The notes beneath the pieces are model-generated. The model had not been told where the DNA came from, searched no databases, and saw only the letters and a program-made list of their open reading frames with translations. Shown one piece after another: positions 20,164 to 30,582 of a stretch of DNA of 63,412 nt. Position numbers and translations under genes: made by a program. Within the stretch, counting starts at the first letter, position 1. The number at the start of each line of letters is the position of its first letter. Source of the DNA: an uncultured delta proteobacterium (GTDB lineage Bacteria > Myxococcota_A > Polyangia > Fen-1088); the NCBI GenBank assembly GCA_963737265.1, contig CAVTRY010000009.1, positions 1 to 63,412 on the forward strand, written 5' to 3'.

Positions 20164-21897
20164 ATGGCAGGAACGACCTCTCTTAGCGCCGCACGAACCG
20201 CGATCTATCGCAGGCCATTCCGGCGCCTGCTGCGCGCGTATTTCGTGACGATGCAGGTGGTGTTGTCGTATGCCGTCTATTCCTTGCGCCGTCGCTTGCG
20301 CGGCGGTGACGAGGCCGCGCAATTCGCCGACCGAGTTCATCGCAAGAATGCCCGGCGCGCGCTGGCCGCTATCTGCGACCTGCAAGGACTGTTCATCAAA
20401 GTCGGTCAGCTCATCAGCGTCATGGCCAATTTGTTGCCGGCGGCTTTTCGCAAAGAGCTCGAAACTCTGCAAGACAGTGTGCCGCCCCGCTCGTTCGAGG
20501 AACTGGAGATTCGTCTGCGCGAGGAGTTTGCCGGCAAGTCTCCACTCGAGATCTTCGCCGATTTCGATCGAGAGCCCGTCGCTTCGGCGTCCATCGGACA
20601 AGTGCACGTGGCGCGCCTTCACTCCGGCGAGAAAGTCGCGGTCAAGATCCAGTACCCCGGCATTGAGACCATCGTTGCCACCGATCTGCGCGCGCTCAGG
20701 CGCATCTTCAAGGTCGCGGGTTGGCTGCTTCCCGATTGGGGATGGAATGTCATCTACGGCGAGATCCAGGGCATGGTGCTGGCAGAGCTCGACTACCGCC
20801 AGGAAGCCGAGGCCATCACCACCATCGCGGCCAACTTTGCTGGCCGCCGAGATGTGCTCATACCACGCGTCATTGCCGGGTGCTCGACGGCGCGCGTGCT
20901 GACGACACAATGGATGGACGGCGTGAAGGTCGGCGACTTCGCCGGCATCGCGGCGGCTGGCATCGATCGGGCAAAGGCCGCGCGCTTGTGCATCGAGGCT
21001 TACTGCAAGCAGATCTTCGTCGACGGCGTGTACCACGCCGATCCCCACCCCGGGAATCTGTTGTTGGTTGCGAATCCCGACAAAAGCGCTGGCCCAACCC
21101 TGGTGTTTCTCGATTTCGGCGCGACGGCGCGCATCTCCCCAGGCATGCGCAAGGGGATCGTGTCGTTTCTAAAGGGCGCGGTCACGCGCGACGTAGGGCG
21201 CATCGTCTCGGCGATGAAGGAAATGGGCTTCATCTCGCGCCACGCGGATCCCGAAGTCTTCGATCGCGTGATCCAGCACTTCTACGAGCGCTTCCGTTCG
21301 CAGATGCGCTTCCAGCAATTTTCCACCGGCAGCCTCAGCTCCGGGCTCGACCTGCGCGGACAGATTGCGACGCTGCTCGATCTGCGCCAGCTCGATGTCT
21401 CGCTGTCCGACCTGCGCGACGCTTTTCACGTGCCCAAGGAGTGGGTGTTGCTCGAACGCACCCTGCTGCTGCTGCTCGGCGTGTGCACCGGCCTCGCGCC
21501 CGAGCTCAATCCCGCCGAGGTGATCCAGCCCTACGTCGATCGCTTCATTCTGGGCGAACGAAAGGAGTGGTCTGAGACGATTCTCGAAACCGCGCGCGAG
21601 GCGGCGCTTTCGGCCTTCGCGTTGCCGAGCGAGCTCGGTCGTTTCCTCAACCTGGCGACCCGCGGAGATCTCGAAATCCGCGTCCGCCGCTTTGAGGAAT
21701 CCATGGAAGCGCTCTATGCCGTCGGCCAGCAGATACTGTGGGCATTTCTGGGTGCCGTGTCCCTTTGCCTCTCGGTGGTTTTTGAGGTCCATGGACAGGT
21801 CGTCGAACGCACGTCAGCCCGTGTGGCGGCGGCGCTCATGGCCGTATTTCTAGTGGCCTCGATCGTTCGAGGGCGACGTGCTCGCAGAAAGCGTTGA
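20164..21897 (+). CDS. AarF/ABC1/UbiB family kinase
   Basis: FIKVGQ, LQDSVPP, ASASIGQVH, VAVKIQYPG, ELDY, HADPHPGN, LDFG. Confidence 0.93.
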   Translation: MAGTTSLSAARTAIYRRPFRRLLRAYFVTMQVVLSYAVYSLRRRLRGGDEAAQFADRVHRKNARRALAAICDLQGLFIKVGQLISVMANLLPAAFRKELETLQDSVPPRSFEELEIRLREEFAGKSPLEIFADFDREPVASASIGQVHVARLHSGEKVAVKIQYPGIETIVATDLRALRRIFKVAGWLLPDWGWNVIYGEIQGMVLAELDYRQEAEAITTIAANFAGRRDVLIPRVIAGCSTARVLTTQWMDGVKVGDFAGIAAAGIDRAKAARLCIEAYCKQIFVDGVYHADPHPGNLLLVANPDKSAGPTLVFLDFGATARISPGMRKGIVSFLKGAVTRDVGRIVSAMKEMGFISRHADPEVFDRVIQHFYERFRSQMRFQQFSTGSLSSGLDLRGQIATLLDLRQLDVSLSDLRDAFHVPKEWVLLERTLLLLLGVCTGLAPELNPAEVIQPYVDRFILGERKEWSETILETAREAALSAFALPSELGRFLNLATRGDLEIRVRRFEESMEALYAVGQQILWAFLGAVSLCLSVVFEVHGQVVERTSARVAAALMAVFLVASIVRGRRARRKR

Positions 21898-22011
21898 CGT
21901 CGAAACCCTAAAAGGGTTTCCAAACCTTGCCGCGATTGGTGCGCCGCCAGCAAAGCTGTCGGCTTCCCACGCGACGCCACCGAGGAACTTGCCAGGTAGC
22001 ATATGTAGGAT

Positions 22012-22131
22012 ATGATGCTACCTACGACCATGATTCCCCTCATTGGAAGCGCGATTACATCCCTCGGTGCCCTGGCCATTTTCCTGGCTACGCTAACCCT
22101 TGGTAAGCCAGCAGATCAGAAGACGAGCTAG
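22012..22131 (+). CDS. Putative 39-aa single-TM small protein
   Basis: MMLPTTMIPLIGSAITSLGALAIFLATLTLGKPADQKTS*; below the ORF-track cutoff. Confidence 0.35.
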   Translation: MMLPTTMIPLIGSAITSLGALAIFLATLTLGKPADQKTS

Positions 22132-22149
22132 CGTCATTTCGCGCCGCTA

Positions 22150-22211
22150 TCGACCAGACAACCCGATGCCTGGAGCCTGAAGCCTTGGTTGCGGGCAAAG
22201 CCCGCACTATG
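22150..22211 (+). repeat. Direct copy of the 3' end of the four-helix-bundle remnant element
   Basis: TCGACCAGACAACC...GCCTGAAGCCTTGGTTGCGGGCAAAGCCCGCACTATG matches 23655-23752. Confidence 0.8.
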
Positions 22212-22280
22212 GATTCACCTTGTCGCTCGGCCGCCGGGCGCCTACACTCCCTGCGACTTTGAACCGATAGTTAAGGCCGC

Positions 22281-23453
22281 ATGACGTTGGTGAATCCAGA
22301 ATTCTCGTCGCATCCAGATCGCGGCAGACCCGGAGCCGAAGAAGCTGGCCTCCATCGCGTCGCCAACTTTGCCATCTCCGAGCTGACCGCCGTGCGGAAT
22401 CTTTTGCGCGGCGATTCCGTCATCGACTGGCACCGGCTTTACTTTACCGACCGCGAGCAGGTCGACAGGTTTCTGCGCGTAAACGAGTACGATCCGGCGA
22501 ACGCCGAGGACGTGGCCCGTCTGGAAGCGCTTCGCGAACAGGCGGTCGAATACCTCGAACGCTATCTCGGCTTCCGCGTCGCCGAGGACGTGGCGGTGCG
22601 CGTGCCGGCGCGGGATCTCATGCTGGTGGCGTCGCAGAAGGGCAAGCGGCGCACCCAGGCCTGCGTGGTGCTCAAGGTGATGCACGTGCTTCAGCATCTG
22701 GCGGTCGGGGAGCTCGCAACCCGGCTGGCGGTGAGCGCGGATCAGATTTTTCAGATCGTCGAAGACAAGGTCCTGCGCACCGTCGAGGAAATGAAGAGCG
22801 CCGGCTGCGAGATCGTCGAATTCGAATGGAGTCGCAAGGAGCAGGATAGCCTCATCACCAAGCTGCTCGCCAAGCGCGACAACATCGCGGCCCATGTCTA
22901 CGACAAGCTGCGCTTTCGCATGATCACGCGCACGGAAGAAGAAATCGTGTTCGTGCTGCGCGAACTTTTGCAACGCCTGGTTCCATTCAACTACGTCATT
23001 CCGGCGGAGTCGCAAAACGACATCGTCGATCTGCACGCCTTCATCGAAAGGGATCCGTACCTGCGCGCGCATTTGCCTGACTTGCTCGATCTGTCGAAGG
23101 TGGCCGCCGACAAGCGCCCGCCGCTCGTCAACGAGTTCTCCGGCCCGAGCTATCGCGTCGTCAATTTCGTGGCGGATCTGCCCGTGCGCATCGACAAACA
23201 CCTTGGGCTCCCGCCGGACGATCCCGCGTTCGCCGACACCGGTGTGGTGGTTTTCGTGCTGACCGAATTCCAAATCGTGGACCTGCGGACGTCGCAAGCG
23301 AATGAGCTCGGCGAAAATAGCCACGAGCGCTACAAGGAACGTCAGGTCATGCGGGTGAGGGCGCGCCTGATGCACGGAATGCAGGAGGAGGACACCGGCG
23401 GCCCGGTCCTCGATCTCAGCGGTCGTCAGGACGGCGACCTAGGTCACGATTAG
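22281..23453 (+). CDS. TIGR04552-like protein (RelA/SpoT nucleotidyltransferase-like fold)
   Basis: LRGDSVIDWHRL, RKEQDSLITKLLAK, YDKLRFR, EFQIVD, GENSHERYKERQ. Confidence 0.85.
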   Translation: MTLVNPEFSSHPDRGRPGAEEAGLHRVANFAISELTAVRNLLRGDSVIDWHRLYFTDREQVDRFLRVNEYDPANAEDVARLEALREQAVEYLERYLGFRVAEDVAVRVPARDLMLVASQKGKRRTQACVVLKVMHVLQHLAVGELATRLAVSADQIFQIVEDKVLRTVEEMKSAGCEIVEFEWSRKEQDSLITKLLAKRDNIAAHVYDKLRFRMITRTEEEIVFVLRELLQRLVPFNYVIPAESQNDIVDLHAFIERDPYLRAHLPDLLDLSKVAADKRPPLVNEFSGPSYRVVNFVADLPVRIDKHLGLPPDDPAFADTGVVVFVLTEFQIVDLRTSQANELGENSHERYKERQVMRVRARLMHGMQEEDTGGPVLDLSGRQDGDLGHD

Positions 23454-23752
23454 TAGGCTACATGCCTACAGGCTTATGGGCTACGGGCTACAGGCTACAG
23501 GCTACAGGCTTCAGAGCGGGCGCGTGAGTCGAGATCCAATCGGTCCCTACGAACATCGTCGAAGGATCCGCACGTAGTTCGACCAGGGACTACATCCGTT
23601 TCCTGACTGTAGGCGGTCGGCTCCTTCGGGCCATGGAGGAGCTGATCGACGTTCTCGACCAGACAACCTGAGCCTGAAGACTGTCTGAAGTCTGGAGCCT
23701 GAAGCCTGATCCCGGCCTGAAGCCTTGGGTTGCGGGCGAAGCTCGCGTTATG
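23454..23752 (+). mobile_element. Decayed four-helix-bundle (23S rRNA IVP-like) element flanked by inverted heptamer repeats
   Basis: Left (GGCTACA/GGCTTCA)n, right (AGCCTGA-like)n; enclosed gene remnant. Confidence 0.75.
23524..23671 (+). pseudogene. Internally deleted four-helix-bundle protein gene
   Basis: GTG-SRDP, then out of frame SVPTNIVEGSARSSTRDYIRFLTV...LIDVLDQTT*; matches the SxxxNIxEGxxR...xxRFL family signature. Confidence 0.8.
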
Positions 23753-23965
23753 CGCCGGCGGCGCCGGCACCGGGATTGCTGTTTGCAACAGCGAGGGATG
23801 GTTTATGATAACTCCCGAGATGAGGGGAATTTGGCACAGTGAGGTGACCCGTGGGAATGCTGCCTCGAGAATGCGTCCGGGGCGGCTGGCTGTCTGTGGC
23901 AGGCGTGGCGCGAGCCACCACGGTATTCGATGCGACGGGCGAGACTGCGGGGAGGAGGTGGTGCA

Positions 23966-24598
23966 ATGACCCGCATCCTGCTCGTCGACGACCACGCCGT
24001 GGTCCGGCGAGGCGTGCGCGACATTCTCACCGATGCCTTGGGTAAGGTGACCTTTGGCGAGGCCTCGAAGCCATCCGAGGCGCTTGAAAGATTGCAAGAC
24101 GCGGAATGGGATGTGGTGGTACTGGACATCTCTCTTCCGGGGCGCGGCGGCCTCGACGCCCTTCATGAGATCAAGCGTCTGCGACCTACCCTGCCCGTTC
24201 TGGTGCTCAGCATGCACGCCGAAGATCACTACGCGTTGCGCGCCCTGCGCGCGGGTGCGGCGGGCTATGTGAACAAGGAGAGCGCCGCCGAGGATCTCTC
24301 TGGCGCAGTTCGCAAGGTGCTCGCAGGTGGCACGCACGTGAGCGTCCACCTAGCCGAGACCCTGGCCAAGAGCCTTCGCGCTGACACGTCGCGGCCTGCG
24401 CACGAAAGGCTTTCCGATCGCGAGCTCGAAGTCCTGCGTTGCCTCGCCGCCGGCAAGACGGTCAAGCAGATAGGTGTCGACCTGGCGCTGTCCGAAAAGA
24501 CCGTCAGCACCTATCGGACGCGTCTGCTGGAAAAGATGCAGATGCACACCAATGCCGAGTTGATTCAGTACGCGCTCCGCGAGGGCCTGGTCGACTAG
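23966..24598 (+). CDS. NarL/FixJ-family response regulator (REC + LuxR HTH)
   Basis: LVDDHAVVR, LDISLPG, LSDRELEVL, SEKTVSTYRTR; GGAGG RBS. Confidence 0.95.
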   Translation: MTRILLVDDHAVVRRGVRDILTDALGKVTFGEASKPSEALERLQDAEWDVVVLDISLPGRGGLDALHEIKRLRPTLPVLVLSMHAEDHYALRALRAGAAGYVNKESAAEDLSGAVRKVLAGGTHVSVHLAETLAKSLRADTSRPAHERLSDRELEVLRCLAAGKTVKQIGVDLALSEKTVSTYRTRLLEKMQMHTNAELIQYALREGLVD

Positions 24599-24717
24599 CG
24601 TGAGTTTGCCGGACTCGCGCCAGCCATTTCTGCGGCAGCCGTGTAGGACCGAAGCTGACAGGGCAATCGGACTTCTTCCGGCAGACAGCGGCCGTTCGCT
24701 CGGGCCAACTACACACC

Positions 24718-25116
24718 ATGGGAGAAGTACCGGCGCCCACGAAGAGGATCTTGCTTGTGGACGACCATCCCGCCGTGAGTCAGCGCATTGGCGAGCTGCT
24801 TGCCAGCGCCGTTCCTCACGCCGAAATGGTTGCCGCGTCTTCGGGCGAGCAAGGACTGGCGCTCGCGGAGGCGCAGACCTTCGACTTGGTTCTGCTCGAT
24901 TTGCGCTTGCCCGGTTGCGGCGGTATCGAAGTCCTCAAGGAGCTCCGGCTGTCCAAACCCGGGCTGCCGGTGATCATCGTCAGCTCCTTGCCTGAATCTC
25001 CCTACGCCACGCTCGCGCGCAGGGCTGGCGCGCACGGCTTCGTCACCAAGAGCGCGCTGGTTCAAGAGCTCGGCCAAGCCGTGCGCACCGCGCTCGGCGA
25101 CCGCACGCCGGTCTAG
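24718..25116 (+). CDS. Single-domain response regulator
   Basis: LVDDHP, LLDLRLPG, VSS, FVTK; no output domain. Confidence 0.88.
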   Translation: MGEVPAPTKRILLVDDHPAVSQRIGELLASAVPHAEMVAASSGEQGLALAEAQTFDLVLLDLRLPGCGGIEVLKELRLSKPGLPVIIVSSLPESPYATLARRAGAHGFVTKSALVQELGQAVRTALGDRTPV

Positions 25117-27248
25117 CCCTCGCCAGCGACGGCGGCCCGTCGCCAGCGCAAGGTCAGCAGCGATTCGGCGAGCAAGATGAGAATGAGCGCGGCCGCCAGC
25201 CCGTGCCACAGCTCGACCCGATGGGTGGGAGGCTTCGCGCCCAAGCTCGCAACCGCGATACGATCGGGCCGCTTTTCCGGCGCGAGGCGGGCGGGATTGG
25301 ACTCGCGCGGGTCTACGTTGACGGCGAAATCCTGGGTCGCGTGCGTGGTGAATGTTCCGTCCGCACCCGCGCCGCGCACGCGGTACATACCGACTTGATC
25401 GGTATCAGCGAAGACAAGAGTGTCTCCCGGCCCAGCCTGTTCGCGTTTTCCCACCCACACCGATCCGTCGGGCCGGATCACCTCCAGGGTTTGGGCGTCA
25501 CCCGCGAAGTGAAGCGCGCGCGGCTCGCCTACCAGAAGCGTGGCGGTGTCATTCTCGTCGGTAGCGCCGACCAGGCGCCGGGCCGATTCGCGCAGCAGCG
25601 GTAGGAAGCCCGCTCTGATAGGCAAGTCGGTCCACTCGCGATCCACCGTGGTCGTGAGCAACATCACCCGTCCCTTGCCCACTTCGCGCTCGACCAAAGC
25701 GGGCGCGCCGCTTTCGTAGCGCAGGATCACGCTGCGTGCGGCCGTGTCGCGCACCGGATCGAGCAGCATGTACTTGAAGAATCGCGCCGACGCCAATCCG
25801 TCGCCCTGTTCGGGAAAAGCGGCGAGCAAGGGGTGACGACGATCGAGCGGCAGCAGGCGTTCGGCCGGCCGATCGTCGACGGTTTCGCCGGCGTGCTGAC
25901 CCGGCAGCGCGGCGGCCGTGCGAACCAACCCGAGGGGCTGGGGCAAAAGCCGGACCATGCGTTCGTTCCACGTCGCGGTGTCGACGCGATCGCCGACGGA
26001 AATGAACAGACCACCACCTGCACCGACGAAGCGCTCAAGAGCCGCGGCCAGGGCGCTCGTGGGCTGCGCCACGTTGAGCAGGGCCACGACAGTGTAGCCG
26101 GCGAAGCCATCGGTCACGACGTCGTCCACCAGCTTGGTGGTCACGACCGCACCCTGGGTTCCATGGCGAAGGGCCGCTTCGAAGAAGAAGGCCTCGTCCT
26201 CGTTGCGCACGGTGCTTGGATCGCCATCGACGGCAAGAACCCGCAACGTTCGCGCCATTTCCACATGGATGAGGCGCCGATCGTCGAGGGAAAAGGCGTC
26301 CCCATCGATTTCGACCTCGAGGTCATGCGAGGTTCCGCCTTCGCTCGGCAAGCTATGCAGGAAGCGTTTGCGGGCATGGCCGCCGGCGGGAAGGTCGACC
26401 ACACCCTGAGCCACGGCAACGCCGTCGACCCTGAAGGTCACCCCGAGGGCTGGCGCGCCCTTCTTGGAAAAGTCGGCGATGTCCGCCGTGACCGCGATGC
26501 CGCCCGGTCCCGCCTCGGCGGTGGGCTCTACCCGCGCATCGACGACGGCGCGGTTTTCGAGGGCCACGCCACCAGACACATCGTCGACAATCACCTCGGG
26601 TGCGCCTTCACCGGGAAGCCCGGGGCCGTCCTCCCAACCGGTGGCTTGCAGGTCGGTGAACAGATAGATCCTGCGATGGGCGCGCGTGGTGCCGGCCAGA
26701 ATCAGGGCCGCCTGGCGCATGGCCGCGGTGAAGTCCGCCGGACGAGCCGAACAAGAGGCTGACTCGATGGCCTCGACGACGCGGGCGCGGTCGGGTTCAA
26801 GCTCGCTGATACGCGGCGCCGAGCCGGCCGAGGTGACGAGAAAAGCGAGCTCGGAATCCGATGGAAACTGGCGCGCCAACGCAAGCGCACGATCCTTGGC
26901 GCGGCCAAAGAGCGTACCGACGCCGCGCGAGCGCTGCATGCTGGCTGAATCATCGAGTAAGATGACCGCTGCCTGCGCGTCCAGGACGACGACGGGAAGG
27001 TCGGTCGTGCGCTCGGCAAAGGGACGCGCGAAAATGAAGGGCAGGCTGGCCGCCACGGCGGTACGAGCCAGCAGCAGCAAGATCTCACGCAGACGCCGCC
27101 GCGCCTGCACGCGACGCTCTGAGCGCAGCAGCAATTGCATCGCCGCGAAACGAATGGGCAGCGCGCGCCGTTTGCCGATGCGGTGAATGAGGTAGGGCAG
27201 TGCAGCGGCGGCGAGACCGAGCAACAGGGATGGCGCGAGAAAGTGCAT
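25113..27248 (-). CDS. BatA-domain/vWA membrane protein
   Basis: LPYLIH..., FARP, LLDDSASM, FTDLQ, glutamine-amidotransferase-like middle domain, VNVDPRES. Confidence 0.88.
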   Translation of the reverse strand: MHFLAPSLLLGLAAAALPYLIHRIGKRRALPIRFAAMQLLLRSERRVQARRRLREILLLLARTAVAASLPFIFARPFAERTTDLPVVVLDAQAAVILLDDSASMQRSRGVGTLFGRAKDRALALARQFPSDSELAFLVTSAGSAPRISELEPDRARVVEAIESASCSARPADFTAAMRQAALILAGTTRAHRRIYLFTDLQATGWEDGPGLPGEGAPEVIVDDVSGGVALENRAVVDARVEPTAEAGPGGIAVTADIADFSKKGAPALGVTFRVDGVAVAQGVVDLPAGGHARKRFLHSLPSEGGTSHDLEVEIDGDAFSLDDRRLIHVEMARTLRVLAVDGDPSTVRNEDEAFFFEAALRHGTQGAVVTTKLVDDVVTDGFAGYTVVALLNVAQPTSALAAALERFVGAGGGLFISVGDRVDTATWNERMVRLLPQPLGLVRTAAALPGQHAGETVDDRPAERLLPLDRRHPLLAAFPEQGDGLASARFFKYMLLDPVRDTAARSVILRYESGAPALVEREVGKGRVMLLTTTVDREWTDLPIRAGFLPLLRESARRLVGATDENDTATLLVGEPRALHFAGDAQTLEVIRPDGSVWVGKREQAGPGDTLVFADTDQVGMYRVRGAGADGTFTTHATQDFAVNVDPRESNPARLAPEKRPDRIAVASLGAKPPTHRVELWHGLAAALILILLAESLLTLRWRRAAVAGEG

Positions 27249-27251
27249 GGC

Positions 27252-28202
27252 TTAGCGCCGCACCCTGCCCTGGCGATCGGCAAGGAACGCGCGCAGAAGC
27301 TCAGCCGGCGGCGCGTCGGTGGGGGCGAAGCGGTACTCCACCCGCGCCTCCAGGCAGGTGGCACGCCAGCGCGCGCGAAAAGCGGACGATTCTTCGGCAA
27401 AGGCCGCAACCAAGTCGCGTGCGTCGGCGAGCAAGGTGCGCCGATCGCCAGGCTCCATGCCTTCGAAGAACAGCAAATCCTCGAACGGCAGCGCCACCTC
27501 GTCGGGGTCGAGCACGTGGAAGAGGACCACGTCGTGCCCGCGCGCGCGCAACTGGCGCAAGCGTTCGGCCAAAGGCCCGGTCGCGCTTTCGCCAGGTGTC
27601 CCGTCCTCGCTGTCGAGCAGGTCGGAGAACACGACGACCAGGCTGCGCTTGTCGCAGATCTCCGCCAAGGTGTCGAGCGCGCTGCCAGCCTGGGCGCCGC
27701 CGGACGGGGCGAGACCCTCGAGCGCGGCGAGCACCTCGCGGATCTGTCCTGGGCGAGTGGACGGAGGTAGAAAGGCCCGCGTGTCGTCGGCGAAAGCCAG
27801 CAGCCCGGCCGCGTCCCGCTGCTGGCCCACGAGATAGGCGAGCGCCGCGCATAGATAGGTCGCGTACTCGAGCTTGGAAACCGTCGTGCGGCGGTAGCCC
27901 ATGGACGCCGAGGTGTCCAGCACCAGCACCATGCGCATCTCGGTTTCGTCCTCGAAACGCTTGATGGTGTAGCGATCGGTGCGGGCCACTGCCTTCCAGT
28001 CGATGCGCCGGATGTCGTCGCCCGGCGCGTATTCCTTGTGCTCGGTGAATTCCAGCGACGTACCGGCGTGCAGATTGCGGTGCGAGCCGGACAAGGCGCC
28101 TTCGACGATGGTTCGGGCACGCACCACCAGCGATGCCAGCCGCGCCAAATCCACGGGAGCGAGCAAACCCAAGTGACGATCTTGTTCGGCAGCAGGCGCC
28201 AC
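27252..28202 (-). CDS. DUF58 domain protein
   Basis: G.H...G.SLEF.EH.EY.PGDDIRRIDWK, LDTSASM, FSDLLD; GTG at 28202. Confidence 0.92.
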   Translation of the reverse strand: MAPAAEQDRHLGLLAPVDLARLASLVVRARTIVEGALSGSHRNLHAGTSLEFTEHKEYAPGDDIRRIDWKAVARTDRYTIKRFEDETEMRMVLVLDTSASMGYRRTTVSKLEYATYLCAALAYLVGQQRDAAGLLAFADDTRAFLPPSTRPGQIREVLAALEGLAPSGGAQAGSALDTLAEICDKRSLVVVFSDLLDSEDGTPGESATGPLAERLRQLRARGHDVVLFHVLDPDEVALPFEDLLFFEGMEPGDRRTLLADARDLVAAFAEESSAFRARWRATCLEARVEYRFAPTDAPPAELLRAFLADRQGRVRR

Positions 28203-28207
28203 GTTGG

Positions 28208-29275
<1,068 letters not shown>

Positions 29276-29336
29276 CGCGCTCAGAATGCCACGCCGGGGA
29301 AAGCGGGGCAAAGTCGTGTCGCAACCGTAACCGAAT

Positions 29337-29798
29337 TCACGTGGGCGAAGATTGTCGTTGCTTGCGCCAAAGGATCTCCGTCCGCCCGTCGCGAATGAGC
29401 CCTGGCAGCCGCGCCGCCCGCGCGAAGCCGAGTCTTCGGTAGAAACGCGCCGCGGGCAGATTTGCGCTATCCGAGGAAACGTAGAGCCAGCGTCGCTTGG
29501 CAAAGGTCGCCTTTTCGATGCGTTCGACGAGCGCGCGACCGACGCCGCGGCCGCCCGCCTCCGGCCGCACCGCCAGCAGCGCGATGAAGTGGCCGAGGAG
29601 AAAATCGGGTTGAAACACGACGATGCCAAGAACCTGTCTCTTCTCCTCGACCACCAGCACTCGATCCTCGCGCGCCATGCGACGCAGGTAACGCCCGAGC
29701 GGCGCGCCCTGGTAGCCGAGGGAATGCCATGGCTCGATCGCCGCGATCCAGTCCGCCTGCCGGCGTGCCTGGTTGGGACTAGCTCGGCGGAGCTTCAT
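29337..29798 (-). CDS. GNAT acetyltransferase
   Basis: LAVRPEAGGRGVG, N..AARFYRRLGF. Confidence 0.85.
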   Translation of the reverse strand: MKLRRASPNQARRQADWIAAIEPWHSLGYQGAPLGRYLRRMAREDRVLVVEEKRQVLGIVVFQPDFLLGHFIALLAVRPEAGGRGVGRALVERIEKATFAKRRWLYVSSDSANLPAARFYRRLGFARAARLPGLIRDGRTEILWRKQRQSSPT

Positions 29799-30576
29799 GG
29801 CTCTCTCCTTGTGCCTTGCGCGCCGACGAGCTCCCCTTGTCGAGCCGGCGGTAGCCGAATGGCGCCGGCTTGGCCTTCACCGGTGCGGCATCCGGCAAAG
29901 CGAGAAGCTGCGACACCGTCACGAAGCGCAGACCCTTGGCGCGCAGGCCGGCGATGATGTTGGGAAGGGCATCCTTCGTGAAAGGCCCGCGACCGTTGAT
30001 GTGGAAGATGACGATGGCGCCCGGGCCGGTTTGCTCAAGAACGGTGCGAACCATGCGCGCCGCCGGAACGTGACCACCGGCGTCGCCCGAGACCACGCTC
30101 CACAGCACCACCGGCAGGTTTTCCCGCTCGGCCGCACGCACCACGCTTCGATTCCAGGCGCCGGCCGGCGGGCGCATGGACAGGGCCGGCCGGCCCAGCA
30201 TCGTTGCGAAGATCTCGTCGGTCCGCTGCAGCTCCATGGTCAGGCGCTGCTTCGGCACCAAGGTCAGGCGCGGGTGCGCAAAGCTGTGGTTGCCAAGCTC
30301 GGCCCACGGTGCGGCGGCGATTTCCCTGGCCGCGTCGGGATGGGTTTCGACCCAGCGGCCCGACAGGAAAAAGGTTGCCCGTATCTCTTCATACGCCAGA
30401 ATCTCGAACACTTGGTGGTCAAAACCATTGGATTGCTTGCTCGTCGCGCAGGCGTCGAAGGTCAGCGCCACCACCGGTTCGCTCGTCGCGACCCTGCTAA
30501 TCGCGAAGGGCGGAAGCGCGGCCTCCTTGGCCGTGCCACCCAGAAGAAGCGTCCACAGCGCGAGTAGTACTTCCAT
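29779..30576 (-). CDS. Polysaccharide deacetylase (NodB/CE4)
   Basis: VALTFDA, ATFF, GNHSFAH, RPPAG, IVIFH. Confidence 0.9.
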   Translation of the reverse strand: MEVLLALWTLLLGGTAKEAALPPFAISRVATSEPVVALTFDACATSKQSNGFDHQVFEILAYEEIRATFFLSGRWVETHPDAAREIAAAPWAELGNHSFAHPRLTLVPKQRLTMELQRTDEIFATMLGRPALSMRPPAGAWNRSVVRAAERENLPVVLWSVVSGDAGGHVPAARMVRTVLEQTGPGAIVIFHINGRGPFTKDALPNIIAGLRAKGLRFVTVSQLLALPDAAPVKAKPAPFGYRRLDKGSSSARKAQGESHEAPPS

Positions 30577-30582
30577 GCGAAG

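Noticed and set aside
23524-23671. Four-helix-bundle remnant as the Avd of a diversity-generating retroelement
   Set aside because: No reverse transcriptase and no TR/VR pair differing at adenines was seen
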